From Candidatus Marinacidobacterales bacterium (lineage in GTDB: Bacteria > Acidobacteriota > Vicinamibacteria > Marinacidobacterales > SMYC01), in NCBI GenBank assembly GCA_965224085.1, contig CBDCYI010000011.1:1440001-1504000 (forward strand): 64,000 nucleotides of DNA, written 5' to 3'. This document shows positions 40,432 through 49,962 of this stretch, piece by piece (within the stretch, counting starts at the first letter, position 1; every line of letters begins with the position of its first letter). Under the pieces are notes generated by a model that saw only the letters and a program-made list of their open reading frames with translations, ran no database searches and was not told where the DNA came from. The position numbers were made by a program, and so were the translations under genes.

Positions 40432-42202
40432 ATGGCCAACCATTCGTCGACACCGTTCGACCAGGGCCTGTTCCTGGTACATCTGAACCGCGGGCGCGAG
40501 CATTTCGACCGACGGAATTTCATCGACGCAGCCGAGCAGCTCGAAGAGGCGCGTCGTCTTCGCCCCGAGGACGACACGGTTCTGAACCTTCTCGGCCTCG
40601 CCTATTTCAAGCAGGAGAAATATAAGGAGTCAGACGCCGTTTATCGCAAGCTCATCGAGCTCAACCCCGAGTCCTATACCCTTCACTTCAACCTGGGACT
40701 CGTGTGCTTCAAGATGCTCGATCTGGACAACGCGGAAGCGGTTTTCCTTCGAGCTCTCGAGCTCAAGCCCGATAATCAAAAAGCGCATTTCTACCTTGGC
40801 AATATCTACGAGAAAAAAAGCCAGTACTACAACGCTATCTTCCAGTATCGAAAAGCCGGGGCCAACATCATGGTCAAGCGGGTGCAGGAGAAAATCGATC
40901 TCGAGCGCCCTGCTGACCGGGCTGTCCAGGCCGAGGGTGCCGGCGAGAGGGACTCGATGGTCCCGACGCCGAGCCCCGACGATACGCGGCCATCGCGTGG
41001 TATCTCCGAGGCAGTGCCCAACATGGACGCCTCGGGTATCACGATCGGGGGCATTAAAGATACGGATACGCTCGAGAAAGTCAACGTCGATCACATCGAT
41101 CGACGCCGCTTCCTGACCGCGCTCCAAGAAGGGCTCTTCAAAGATGAACCGCGGCCCGAGCCTGGAGCCGTGTCCGACGACACGTCTCCAAACCTCGAGA
41201 TAGGCCTGAGCCCGTCGCGCCCAGCGACCAAAACCGTGGACACACAGAGGAAGTTCTTTCCGCCGAAGACCAGGCGGTCATCGCGGAGACCTTGGACCGA
41301 ATTGCCCCAGACGCAGAGAGCGTGCCGTCTGCGGAGGCGAGACCTGACTCGAAAGGCACCCGCTTACGGCTAACCGAGCCGCTCGTGCCCGATCTGTCGC
41401 TCGAGGATGCCTCAAGACATAAGCTTCCAGAACGGGCAAGCTCGGAGTTGTTCTCCGATCGTCGCCACGACGAACAGCGCGAAAGCGTCCGCTCCGGGGG
41501 CATCCCGCCCGGCCTCTCTCGACCGGAGAGTCGGATGCGCACGGCCACCCGCAGCACATCGATTGGCGTTCCGCCGGCCAGGAGAGGGAGTCCCACGTCC
41601 GTACGCACATGCGCCGGCGGGACGATACTTTCCGCTACCTCGAGAACAATCTCATGGAGGTCAACTTCTCGGGGAAAGTGTTCATCAAGCAGGGCACGAT
41701 CTACAGCTATAGCGGCAATCTAACGTTTTGGGTCAAGCCTCGGCGCGAAGAATCCGCACCAGCGCTCGTGATCGTGAGCGGCACGGGTAAACTCCTTCTC
41801 ACCGATCGCCAACGCGACATCACCGTGCTACAAATCGATGAGGAGGAGATCTTCGTCGAGCCGTCCCACCTCCTGGCATGTGAGGAGACCCTCATGCCGC
41901 ACCACGCCGTCATCGAGAAAACCGACGGTGATCCTGCCGGTGGCATGCACGTGCTCATGATCAAAGGCACGGGGGTCGTTGCGCTCTCGCTCGCGACGAG
42001 CCCCCTCGTCATGACGGTTCAAAAGGACTACCCCGTCAACGTGTCGAGCGCGAGCTTGATTTCATGGTCCGGAGACCTGACACCCACGCTCGTCCAAGAC
42101 GAGGCGCTCGCGGAGCTCATGCAGCCGGGAGCCGAAGCGGGCGTGACCCTCCGTCTCGAGGGCGACGGCAAAGTCTTGATGGAAAAATCAGCGAGGGGTT
42201 GA
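40432..42202 (+). CDS. TPR + low-complexity linker + AIM24-like domain protein (two apparent -1 frameshifts)
   Basis: TPR motifs (LGLAYF, HFNLG, HFYLG) in 40432-40860; C-terminal Y.GNL.F, V.G.GKLL, ISWSG.L, L.G.G.V.M strands; frames link near 41240-41248 and G5 at 41496-41500. Confidence 0.7.
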
Positions 42203-42203
42203 T

Positions 42204-43442
42204 TCAGCGAAACTGCGACCGAACGAACAACACTTCCTGGCCGCTCGACTCGAGCTCGTAGAACGCATTCCCGATGCTCCCGTCCATGTGCGTTTGTAGC
42301 GCGGACGCGAACTCCCGTGCATCTTCGAGGCTGTCCCAAACGCTACGCCACACGAGCCGAAAGCCTTCGCTCGTGCGCAGGACGGCGAAAGCATCCCCAC
42401 CCCAGCCTGCGGCCGCGCCGTTGGCTTGGGCGCTCGCGGCACCGCCGCGTAGCAGCACTTGGATGAGAAGCTCGCCAAGGCGTCCCTCGAAATCGACTTC
42501 CGCCCCGTGTGTTTCGGAGAGTTGCACCGGAACCGGCTCGTCCAATCTGTCTGGCCGGTCCAGATATTTTTCCGGATGGAGCACTTGCTCCATCGAGCGC
42601 GGCGGACGCTTCATGAGCTCATTCAATAGCGCGAATCCGCCTTTCTCATAGGCGGCCATAGCCAAAGCTCGGCCCTGCATGTAGGGTGCGACGAGCTGCT
42701 CCTGCACGATGTCTGGCGCCGTCTTCAAAGCGGGTCCCGCGCCCAACATCTCGGCGATATCCGCGCCGCTCAAGCCTTGGTTGAAAACCTGGAACAAATT
42801 CGCCATCTCGGGCGTGCTCTCTGTGACGCCCGATGTCAGATAGTGCTCCATAAGTACAGAAGCATCACCCTCGAACAGGCAAAGGGCGGCGAGGCGGCGA
42901 TCGTCGTAGTCGCTATCCACGGTCAGCTTCTCGCGGATGACGACGTGCTGATCTTGCAAAGCATGCCGCAGCTCGTGCGAAAGAATGAGCTGATTCATCA
43001 CGTTGAGGGTACGCCCTGTCGAGATGGCGAAAAGTTTCTTGACACCGGGGCGCTCGTCGTAAAAGCCCGCGATGTTCTCGTTGAGCACCCTCTCGCGGAT
43101 CGCTCTCAAGTCTTGCCCGTCCTCGAGAAAACCGAAGCCCCGGAGAGCACGCTCTTCTCGCTCGGCAAGGTCGGTAGGATACTCTTCATCGAAGAGCTCG
43201 CGGAGGTATTCCGTGAGCTCTTCCCGCGACATGAAATCGATGGGAACCGCTTGACGGAAGCGAAGCTCCCCGATTTCCTCGACCTTCCGCGAGAGCTCGG
43301 CAGGCTCGACCGGAGCGAGCCCCAAGAGCCGGCCAAGCTGATCGAGGGCCTCAGCTATCTGGGCCTCGTCCACTTGTGCGGATTGGGACGCGCCCACCGC
43401 GATAAACAACGTAATGAGAACTGCGAGTAGGATTCGTTTCAT
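42204..43442 (-). CDS. Exported putative zinc metallopeptidase (HExxH)
   Basis: Signal peptide, AGFYD, HELRHALQDQH, EGDA, PY..G, EQVLHPEKY, AAAGWGGD. Confidence 0.75.
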   Translation of the reverse strand: MKRILLAVLITLFIAVGASQSAQVDEAQIAEALDQLGRLLGLAPVEPAELSRKVEEIGELRFRQAVPIDFMSREELTEYLRELFDEEYPTDLAEREERALRGFGFLEDGQDLRAIRERVLNENIAGFYDERPGVKKLFAISTGRTLNVMNQLILSHELRHALQDQHVVIREKLTVDSDYDDRRLAALCLFEGDASVLMEHYLTSGVTESTPEMANLFQVFNQGLSGADIAEMLGAGPALKTAPDIVQEQLVAPYMQGRALAMAAYEKGGFALLNELMKRPPRSMEQVLHPEKYLDRPDRLDEPVPVQLSETHGAEVDFEGRLGELLIQVLLRGGAASAQANGAAAGWGGDAFAVLRTSEGFRLVWRSVWDSLEDAREFASALQTHMDGSIGNAFYELESSGQEVLFVRSQFR

Positions 43443-43529
43443 TTGAAATCAGCTATCGTCTACACCGGTCAAGAATTCTATTCTGTGCAGCGTGTGGTTT
43501 TCCAAGGCCCCGGTCGAGGGAGGGTTTGT

Positions 43530-44129
43530 TTAGGCCGCTTTGGGGCGCAGAAGCGCTTCGAAGCGGCACTCGTCCTCGCCCTGGCCCCGGCAACTCGCTT
43601 CAGTGACCGAGTAGCAGTGGATGTCCGTTTTCTCGAGTAGCCCGGCGAAGAGGCCCGCATAAAAGTGACAACGCTTCTGGCCGCCATCCTCCGCTGGCGT
43701 GTGGCAGAACAACGAATTCCCCAAACTCAGCAGGAGCTTCTCACCATCCCGTTTTACTGCCAGCTGAGCGTCTTTGTGAATGCTCCTGAGGCCCGAATGG
43801 AGCAGATGCTTCACGAGCCGCTCGCGGCCGAAGCGAGGCAGGCTTTCGAGCAGCCGCCGCTCAATTGGGGAGAACTCGCCATAAGCCCGCTCCGAAGCAT
43901 TGCGGCCCGCGGCGTCGATCACTTTGGCGTAGAGCGTTGGATTGCGGCGCAAGTAGCCCACCGCGCCGATCACAGTCGCGATGTGGAATCGTGTTTGACG
44001 CGCCGACGGGTCGAACCACTCGCTCAACACCTCGAGCTCTCCGGGCGCATGCTCTTCGATGGCCTTTTGCAGGCTTGTCACGAAGACGCGCTCGACCTGA
44101 ACTTCTTTGATTTCGGCAGAACGCCCCAT
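43530..44129 (-). CDS. V4R-domain protein (BchJ-like)
   Basis: NSLFC, CHFYAGLF.GLL, E..CRGQG...CRFE C-terminal V4R pattern. Confidence 0.7.
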   Translation of the reverse strand: MGRSAEIKEVQVERVFVTSLQKAIEEHAPGELEVLSEWFDPSARQTRFHIATVIGAVGYLRRNPTLYAKVIDAAGRNASERAYGEFSPIERRLLESLPRFGRERLVKHLLHSGLRSIHKDAQLAVKRDGEKLLLSLGNSLFCHTPAEDGGQKRCHFYAGLFAGLLEKTDIHCYSVTEASCRGQGEDECRFEALLRPKAA

Positions 44130-44257
44130 CAGCTCGATGGCTCCATCCATCCATGTCCGTAGGACGGGCTTTGCCCGGGAAATTGGCACGCTGTTATCAT
44201 TAGCTTTCGGAGTTTCTGTCGACGAGTATACCATCGGAGCTTGTCGGCCCAAAGTCT

Positions 44258-44872
44258 ATGACCGATCTCGAAGGTGCCGTCCTTGTGGGCGGCGGTAGCC
44301 ACCGAATGGGACGCGACAAATCCGGCCTCCCTGTCGGTGGACGACCGATGCTCGAACGGATTGTCGAGGCAATGTCCTCAGTCGTCGAGCGCGTGCGCCT
44401 TGTGGGCTCCAACCGAGAGGCCAACGAAGGTTTAACCAACGCCATAACAGCACTTTGCGAGCACCAGCCCGACCTCGAGCCCGGACTCGGGCCGCTTTCC
44501 GGCATCCACGCCGCGCTTATGACCTCGATGGCCCCGGCCGTGCTCGTCGTGGCATGCGACCTCCCTTTCGTCACACAACGCTTCCTGAGAGGCCTTTGTG
44601 CGGAGCTCACCAACGAGGACGATGCCGTCGTTCCCATCGACGCTTCGGGCCGCCTCGTCGCGGTGTGCGCGGTCTATCGAACGTCGTGCCTGTCCACTCT
44701 CGAGCTTCGCCTGGAAAGACAGGAGCTCGCCGCGCAAGGCTTCGCTGCCTCCGTGCGCACGCGCTATTTGGGTGGCAAAGCCCTGCGCGCGCTCGACCCG
44801 AGAGGCCTCTGCTTGAAAAACATCAACACGCCCGCCGAGCTCGACGAAGCGCGAAAAATAGCCAGTCTCTAG
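44258..44872 (+). CDS. mobA: Molybdenum cofactor guanylyltransferase
   Basis: LVGGGSHRMGRDK, GPLSGI, ACDLPF, NINTP. Confidence 0.92.
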   Translation: MTDLEGAVLVGGGSHRMGRDKSGLPVGGRPMLERIVEAMSSVVERVRLVGSNREANEGLTNAITALCEHQPDLEPGLGPLSGIHAALMTSMAPAVLVVACDLPFVTQRFLRGLCAELTNEDDAVVPIDASGRLVAVCAVYRTSCLSTLELRLERQELAAQGFAASVRTRYLGGKALRALDPRGLCLKNINTPAELDEARKIASL

Positions 44873-44930
44873 AATGGCCAGCAGCCGAGCCTATCAGACA
44901 GGATCTCCTCTGCTTTCCTCTTTCTTTTCG

Positions 44931-44965
44931 TTGCGCCTTTGCGACTTTGCGTCTTTGCGCTGCGC
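44931..44965. repeat. Short tandem repeat (CTTTGCGN)x3 plus partial units
   Basis: ttgcgc-ctttgcga-ctttgcgt-ctttgcgc-tgcgc between convergent genes. Confidence 0.7.
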
Positions 44966-45027
44966 TTTTCTCAATATTGATCTTTTCCGAGCACCCCAAA
45001 TCGGACTAGTCAGGATGCTTTGAGCTC

Positions 45028-46293
45028 TTACGCCTCGCTCGCGGCGACGTAGCACACGGCGGTCGCATCTCCGGTCACGTTGACGACGGTACGGCCCATA
45101 TCGAGAATACGCTCCACGCCGAGAACGAGCGCAAGCCCCTCTCCGGGGATGCCGAAATGCATCAAGACGACGATGATGATCGGCAGGGATCCGCTCGGGA
45201 CGCCGGCAGCGCCGACTGCCGTGAGCACGGCAAACAGGATCACGGTTAGCTGAGAGACATAGCCGATCTCGATCCCGAAGACCTGCCCCAAGAAGAGGAC
45301 GACGACCGTTACGAATAGTGATGTCCCGTTCATGTTGATCGTGGCTCCCAATGGAAGGACGAAGCCCGCGAGACGTCGCGGAACGCCGAGGCCCTCCTCG
45401 CTCACCTTCATGGTCGTCGGGAGCGTCGCTGCCGACGAGCTCGTCGAAAGCGCCGTCACCATGACCGGAATCATCGTCTTGAAAAAATGCACGGGATCTA
45501 CACTGGCGACAAACTTCACGAGAGCCGCATAACTTCCGAACTGGTGCAAAACGTAGCCCGCGAGCACGACGAAGACAAACAGAGACAGCTGCCCGAAGAT
45601 GCTCCACCCGAAACGCGCGGTAACATCAAAGATGAGCGCCGGCACAGCGTAAGGCGCCAACCGCATCGCCATACCAACGATGACGACCATTGCAGAGCCG
45701 ACGCCTTCGAGCAACGCGTTGACGGGAGCAGCTTTCTCGCCGGGCAAGCTCGCGAGCGCGATGCCGAAAAAAATAGCGGTTACGATGATAGGAATCATGT
45801 TGAGCTCGACCGCGTCCTTGAGCGGATTGCGGCTGACAATCCCCACGAGCACATCGGGCCAAAACCTTTGCTGCTCCGCCATCGCGCGCTTTTCACCCGC
45901 CTCACCACGATACTGCTCGAGGAGCGCCGTCTGGTCCGCCGGATCGAAGCGATCTCCGGGCCGCACGACTTGGACGAGCAGCAAGCCCAAAGTCGCGGAA
46001 ATAGTGCTCGTGGCGACGAAATAGCCAAGTGTTTTGGTGCTGACTCGGCCGAGCTTGTGGCCGCTTCCGAGCTGAGAAACGCCGAGAGCGATCGAGCAGA
46101 ACACGATCGGAACGACCACCATGAAGAGAAGATTCAGGAAGATCCGGCCGAGCGGGGCGGTGAAATTCGTAATGAGCCACTCGAGCTGGCGCGGGGCAAG
46201 AGCTTCACTCGCGACGAGCTGATTGGCGACGAGCCCTAAAACGGCGCCCATTGCAAAGCCGACAAAGATTCGCGTGTGCAGGGTGAGCTTCAC
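45028..46293 (-). CDS. Dicarboxylate/amino acid:cation symporter (DAACS)
   Basis: STSSSAATLP, LPLGATINMNGT, GAAGVP, DMGRTVVNVTGD. Confidence 0.95.
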   Translation of the reverse strand: MKLTLHTRIFVGFAMGAVLGLVANQLVASEALAPRQLEWLITNFTAPLGRIFLNLLFMVVVPIVFCSIALGVSQLGSGHKLGRVSTKTLGYFVATSTISATLGLLLVQVVRPGDRFDPADQTALLEQYRGEAGEKRAMAEQQRFWPDVLVGIVSRNPLKDAVELNMIPIIVTAIFFGIALASLPGEKAAPVNALLEGVGSAMVVIVGMAMRLAPYAVPALIFDVTARFGWSIFGQLSLFVFVVLAGYVLHQFGSYAALVKFVASVDPVHFFKTMIPVMVTALSTSSSAATLPTTMKVSEEGLGVPRRLAGFVLPLGATINMNGTSLFVTVVVLFLGQVFGIEIGYVSQLTVILFAVLTAVGAAGVPSGSLPIIIVVLMHFGIPGEGLALVLGVERILDMGRTVVNVTGDATAVCYVAASEA

Positions 46294-46374
46294 GGGCTTT
46301 GCCGTTTCGTCAAAACGCGGGCGAGTATATCAGAGCCGATCCCGCTCGGTGGCGGGACTGCCCAGCGGAGAACG

Positions 46375-46878
46375 CTATTCGAACGGGCGGGGCTGTTCGC
46401 GCCTTTGTCCGCGCACCTGTCGCATGAGCTGCGTGAGCCGGCGCTGAATCTCTGCCTCGAGGATGCGGTAACGGGCCCTTTGGCGGATCTCGAGAATCTC
46501 GTCGATCGCGGCGTAGCGTTCTCTCTGATTCTGCGAGAACTCGATTTCCAAAGCGTCGAGCTCGTCGAGCAAGCGCACGAGCTCCTCCTCTCTAGCCTCG
46601 TCGCGCCGGAGCGTTTGGCGCATCCGACGCAAGAGGGTCATCCGGCCTTGGTGATAATTGCGGCGCGTGTCCTGAAGCTTCTTTTGGGCGACGACCATCG
46701 TTCCAAATTGGTCGTCGGTCAGCTCGAGAGCATCCTGGAGCTTGCTCAGGATGTAGGCGTCCATCATTCCCTCGACCTCATCGCGATTCGGCCCGACATC
46801 GCGCTCCTGCGCGTTTGTGGAAGCGGCGAAAGCGACAACGACGACCAGGGACGCGATGGACCAAACGAGTCTCTTCAT
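46375..46878 (-). CDS. Periplasmic helical protein (Spy/CpxP/heavy-metal-sensor-like)
   Basis: Signal peptide ending TNA, L.LTDDQ and IL..RQRA motifs. Confidence 0.7.
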   Translation of the reverse strand: MKRLVWSIASLVVVVAFAASTNAQERDVGPNRDEVEGMMDAYILSKLQDALELTDDQFGTMVVAQKKLQDTRRNYHQGRMTLLRRMRQTLRRDEAREEELVRLLDELDALEIEFSQNQRERYAAIDEILEIRQRARYRILEAEIQRRLTQLMRQVRGQRREQPRPFE

Positions 46879-47099
46879 GACGAGCTAGACCTCAATTCTT
46901 CCGCGAGCTTCTCGACGAAACGACGACGTTCTCCCGCCGTCCAGTCACCCGGATCGAGACCGGTCTCGGATTCTAAGGCCGACGCCTCCTCAGATTCCCA
47001 TTCCTCGCCGAGGGCATCCGTCAAAACCAAAAGGAGTTGAAACTCCGTATCTTGTTCCAAAGGCGGCAATATTTCTTCGAATTCGACTGCTTGTATGTC
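46875..47099 (-). pseudogene. C-terminal fragment of a putative anti-sigma-like protein
   Basis: Acidic frame ending ..TAGERRRFVEKLAEEL; ATGA overlap with the downstream periplasmic gene; no convincing start. Confidence 0.45.
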
Positions 47100-47352
47100 C
47101 GTTCTCACGCACAAAATCAATGCGGTTCTGATCGAGGATCTGTTCGGTGAAACCGGATTTCGGAAGCTCGATGAAGGCGTTGAGCTCGGAGCTCGCGCGC
47201 ACGCCCCGTCCGTTTGGACGCGCGACGACGACGGTACTCGTTCCGAGATCGAGTCCGATGGGCCTCGCGGATCTGGAAGAGGTCTTTTTGCGAGCTGGAG
47301 CCGCGGGACGCCGGTTCGTCGCGGTCTTTTTTCGAGACTTGCGGATAGCCAT
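47096..47352 (-). pseudogene. N-terminal fragment of an actin-like (volactin/MamK-like) protein
   Basis: IGLDLGTS phosphate-1 motif, NAFIELP, EQIL; similarity ends after ~85 aa and the frame stops at 46990. Confidence 0.7.
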
Positions 47353-47595
47353 TTTCGTGATTCCTATCCCCTGATATTCTCGTCGGACTGAAGAGAGGGA
47401 GAAATCCCGTAGTGGGAACGGTCCCGGTCTGCTTGCTAGATCTAAGTCAGCAGGGGCTTAGATAAACAAAAGATCCAAGAGAAAAGGGTAACACTTTGGC
47501 GGGTTTTGGGTAGCCGCGGGCTCTAGGCGGTGAACGGCACGGATGTCAGGACGAGCGCTGTCACGAGCCCCAGGAACGAGATTCTGCTTTCCACG

Positions 47596-47625
47596 AAACT
47601 AGCGAGGTCGCGTTGCTTTTGTCAA
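47596..47625 (-). promoter_or_regulatory. Putative sigma70 promoter facing the actin-like gene
   Basis: Minus-strand TTGACA (47625-47620)-18 bp-TAGTTT. Confidence 0.45.
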
Positions 47626-47638
47626 TCTGCTCGTCGAT

Positions 47639-47677
47639 CTATTACAGGCTATTGCAGGCTATTACAGGCTATTGCAG
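47639..47677. repeat. Tandem 10-bp repeat CTATTRCAGG x ~4
   Basis: ctattacagg-ctattgcagg-ctattacagg-ctattgcag. Confidence 0.9.
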
Positions 47678-48053
47678 AAACAAAACAGCCGTCACGGGAC
47701 CGAGCTTTACGGCCATAGGAAACGTCAGCTCCATGGCCATTTGCGCCCACATCTGGCTCAAAACGAACAATCCGACACTCAAGACAACGATTCTACCCAA
47801 CCGTCCACGAGTAACTGGCACGTATAACTCCCTAGAGAATAAATTAAAGTTGCATGAATCCCCATTCCTATTAGAAATCTACGATTTAGAGATTCACAGA
47901 TGCATCGTAGGGAATCGAAGTAGCCGTGTCTAGAGTAAGAAATTCCCCATATGCTGTTTCCCCCGCACAAACACGGTTGGTCGGCTCACTTGGGTGGGTT
48001 TCCCCACGACGTTGCCGGCGTTTGGCGTCGGGAACAGCGCTTGACGGATCTGT

Positions 48054-48392
48054 TCAGCCGCCATCATCTTCGCCAGATCTGACGTTGTCTTCCACCCAGC
48101 CGAGATAGGCGGCGGAGCCGTTTTGGATTGGCAGCGCGATGAGCTCGGGCACGTCGTAGGGGTGGAGCTCGTCGAAGGCAGTTCGAAGAGCATCGAAGCA
48201 CGCCTCGCGCGTCTTCATCAACAATAGCTGCTCGTCGTCTTCTTCGATGGCTCCTTTCCAGTGATAGAAGCTGCGGACTTTCGCCAGGACGTTCACACAG
48301 GCGACGAGTCTCCGCTCGAGAAGGGCATGGGCCAACCGGGCCGCCGTAGGCTCGTCGCCGACGGTGGTCATGGCCAAGATGTAATCCGACAT
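48054..48392 (-). CDS. cutA: Divalent-cation tolerance protein CutA
   Basis: LVACVN, SFYHWKG, KT, HPYDVPE, YLGW. Confidence 0.95.
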   Translation of the reverse strand: MSDYILAMTTVGDEPTAARLAHALLERRLVACVNVLAKVRSFYHWKGAIEEDDEQLLLMKTREACFDALRTAFDELHPYDVPELIALPIQNGSAAYLGWVEDNVRSGEDDGG

Positions 48393-48649
48393 GGTCTGTT
48401 CTCTCCTCCCTGCTTGCTACCTACGGGTCCGCGCAAAATCAGTTCGCATTTTCGGGCCCCATTTATCAAAGGGCGCACGACTGGCAAAGCGCGAGGAGCG
48501 AATAATATCCAGATCGATGAATGACGATCAACGCCGCCAAACGTGGTGCTTCGACGTCCCAAAATGTGAAGTTATCGTTGCGCAGGCCCTTAAGAGCCGA
48601 GAGGTTGCACGTTTTGTCGCGACCGCAACTATAATGTAGGGACACCGAC

Positions 48650-49006
48650 ATGCCGAAAGTTCCGCCGAGAAATAGAGGTCGCGGCCACCAACGGGTGGAG
48701 CGCCTTCAGGAGTCGAAAGTCAAGAAGAAGGCCCTGGGGCTCGCCGCCTTTCTCATCGTCGTGGCATCGATAGTCAACGCCTTTTTCGGCGAGCGCGGCG
48801 TTTTGGGCCTCATAGAAGTGAGTAAGAACTTCCAAGAGCTCGAACGCGAGGTGCACTCGATCAAGTCCGAGAATGAACGCCTAGCGCGGGAGATCCACGC
48901 ATTGCGAACAGACGCGTCGGTCGTAGAACGAAGAGCGCGCGAAGTGCTCGGCATGGCGCGTCCCGGTGAAATCTCCGTCGAGATCCGCCCCTCCGGGAAC
49001 CGCTAG
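48650..49006 (+). CDS. ftsB: Septum formation initiator (FtsB/DivIC family)
   Basis: TM helix, FGERG, coiled coil, ERRAREVLGMARPGE. Confidence 0.88.
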   Translation: MPKVPPRNRGRGHQRVERLQESKVKKKALGLAAFLIVVASIVNAFFGERGVLGLIEVSKNFQELEREVHSIKSENERLAREIHALRTDASVVERRAREVLGMARPGEISVEIRPSGNR

Positions 49007-49045
49007 CAGCCTATCCCCTCATCCTCCCCTCCTATCCCCGTATCC

Positions 49046-49897
49046 CTAGGAAGACTTCTCCTCGCGAAAGCCGCCGGCGGCCGCGGCGAGCTCACCGCCC
49101 CACAACAAAAGGCAAGCGGACAAGTTGATCCAAAGGAGAAAGACCACGACCGTCGCGAGCGCCCCGTAGGTACGCGTGTAATTGGCCATATGGCTGATGT
49201 AATAGGTAAATCCGACCTTCAGCACGGTCCAGAGCGAGCCTGCCACCAAACCACCGATGAGCGCGACGCGCCACGGGATGGAGGTCGCCGGGATAAGCCA
49301 GTACACAGAAAAAAAAGCCAGCACCGTGATCGACCAGGGCGCAACATAACGACTCACGACGCTATCCACATTTCGATATAGAGGCAGCTCTTTGAGAGGC
49401 GCGAGCGCCGTCGTTTCGATGAATCTGTCTATGGTGGAAAGAAGACCCTCAACAACGACCGAGGCAACGAGCAGAACACTGAGAATCCCAACGAGGGCAA
49501 AGGCGAACACTTTGCGCAGCGCGAAGGGACGCCTTTTGTCGACGCGGAAGACGCTATCCAGGCCGGTTTCGATTTTGGAGAACACTTTGCTCGCGGTCCA
49601 GAAGACGAGAACGAGGTAGCCGACGCCCGACCAAATCTCCTGCTGCATCGATTTGACCTGGGTCATGACTTGAGGCGGGAGGCCATACAGCACGTTTTGC
49701 AGGAAGAGCTCCGTGCCTTTTGCCGCAGCGTCCGTACCGAGTGCGAGCGAGCCTAGAGTCACGAGTAAAACCGCCAGAGGAAGAAACGACAGCAGGCCGA
49801 AATAGGCAATCACCGTCGCACGATCGTAGCATCGGTCACGACGGAAATTGACCGTGGCTCGATAGACCGGTGTCCAGACTTCACGAAGCCGCTTCAT
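49046..49897 (-). CDS. YihY/virulence factor BrkB family membrane protein
   Basis: AYFGLLSFLP, WTAS, Y..IP, YGALATVVVFLLW, GGEL. Confidence 0.9.
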   Translation of the reverse strand: MKRLREVWTPVYRATVNFRRDRCYDRATVIAYFGLLSFLPLAVLLVTLGSLALGTDAAAKGTELFLQNVLYGLPPQVMTQVKSMQQEIWSGVGYLVLVFWTASKVFSKIETGLDSVFRVDKRRPFALRKVFAFALVGILSVLLVASVVVEGLLSTIDRFIETTALAPLKELPLYRNVDSVVSRYVAPWSITVLAFFSVYWLIPATSIPWRVALIGGLVAGSLWTVLKVGFTYYISHMANYTRTYGALATVVVFLLWINLSACLLLWGGELAAAAGGFREEKSS

Positions 49898-49962
49898 CCA
49901 TCCTATTCAATCAATAAAACGTATGGGAGGACAAGAAGGGCGCGGGAGGATACACTGCGAGC

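Noticed and set aside
47355-47590. Known riboswitch in the actin-like gene leader
   Set aside because: Hairpins are present but I recognised no c-di-GMP, SAM, TPP or cobalamin consensus
47639-47677. Possible CRISPR array
   Set aside because: 10-bp contiguous units without spacers; no cas genes in the window
49010-49048. TATCCCC-like short repeats between ftsB and the YihY gene
   Set aside because: Short and degenerate; no evidence of function
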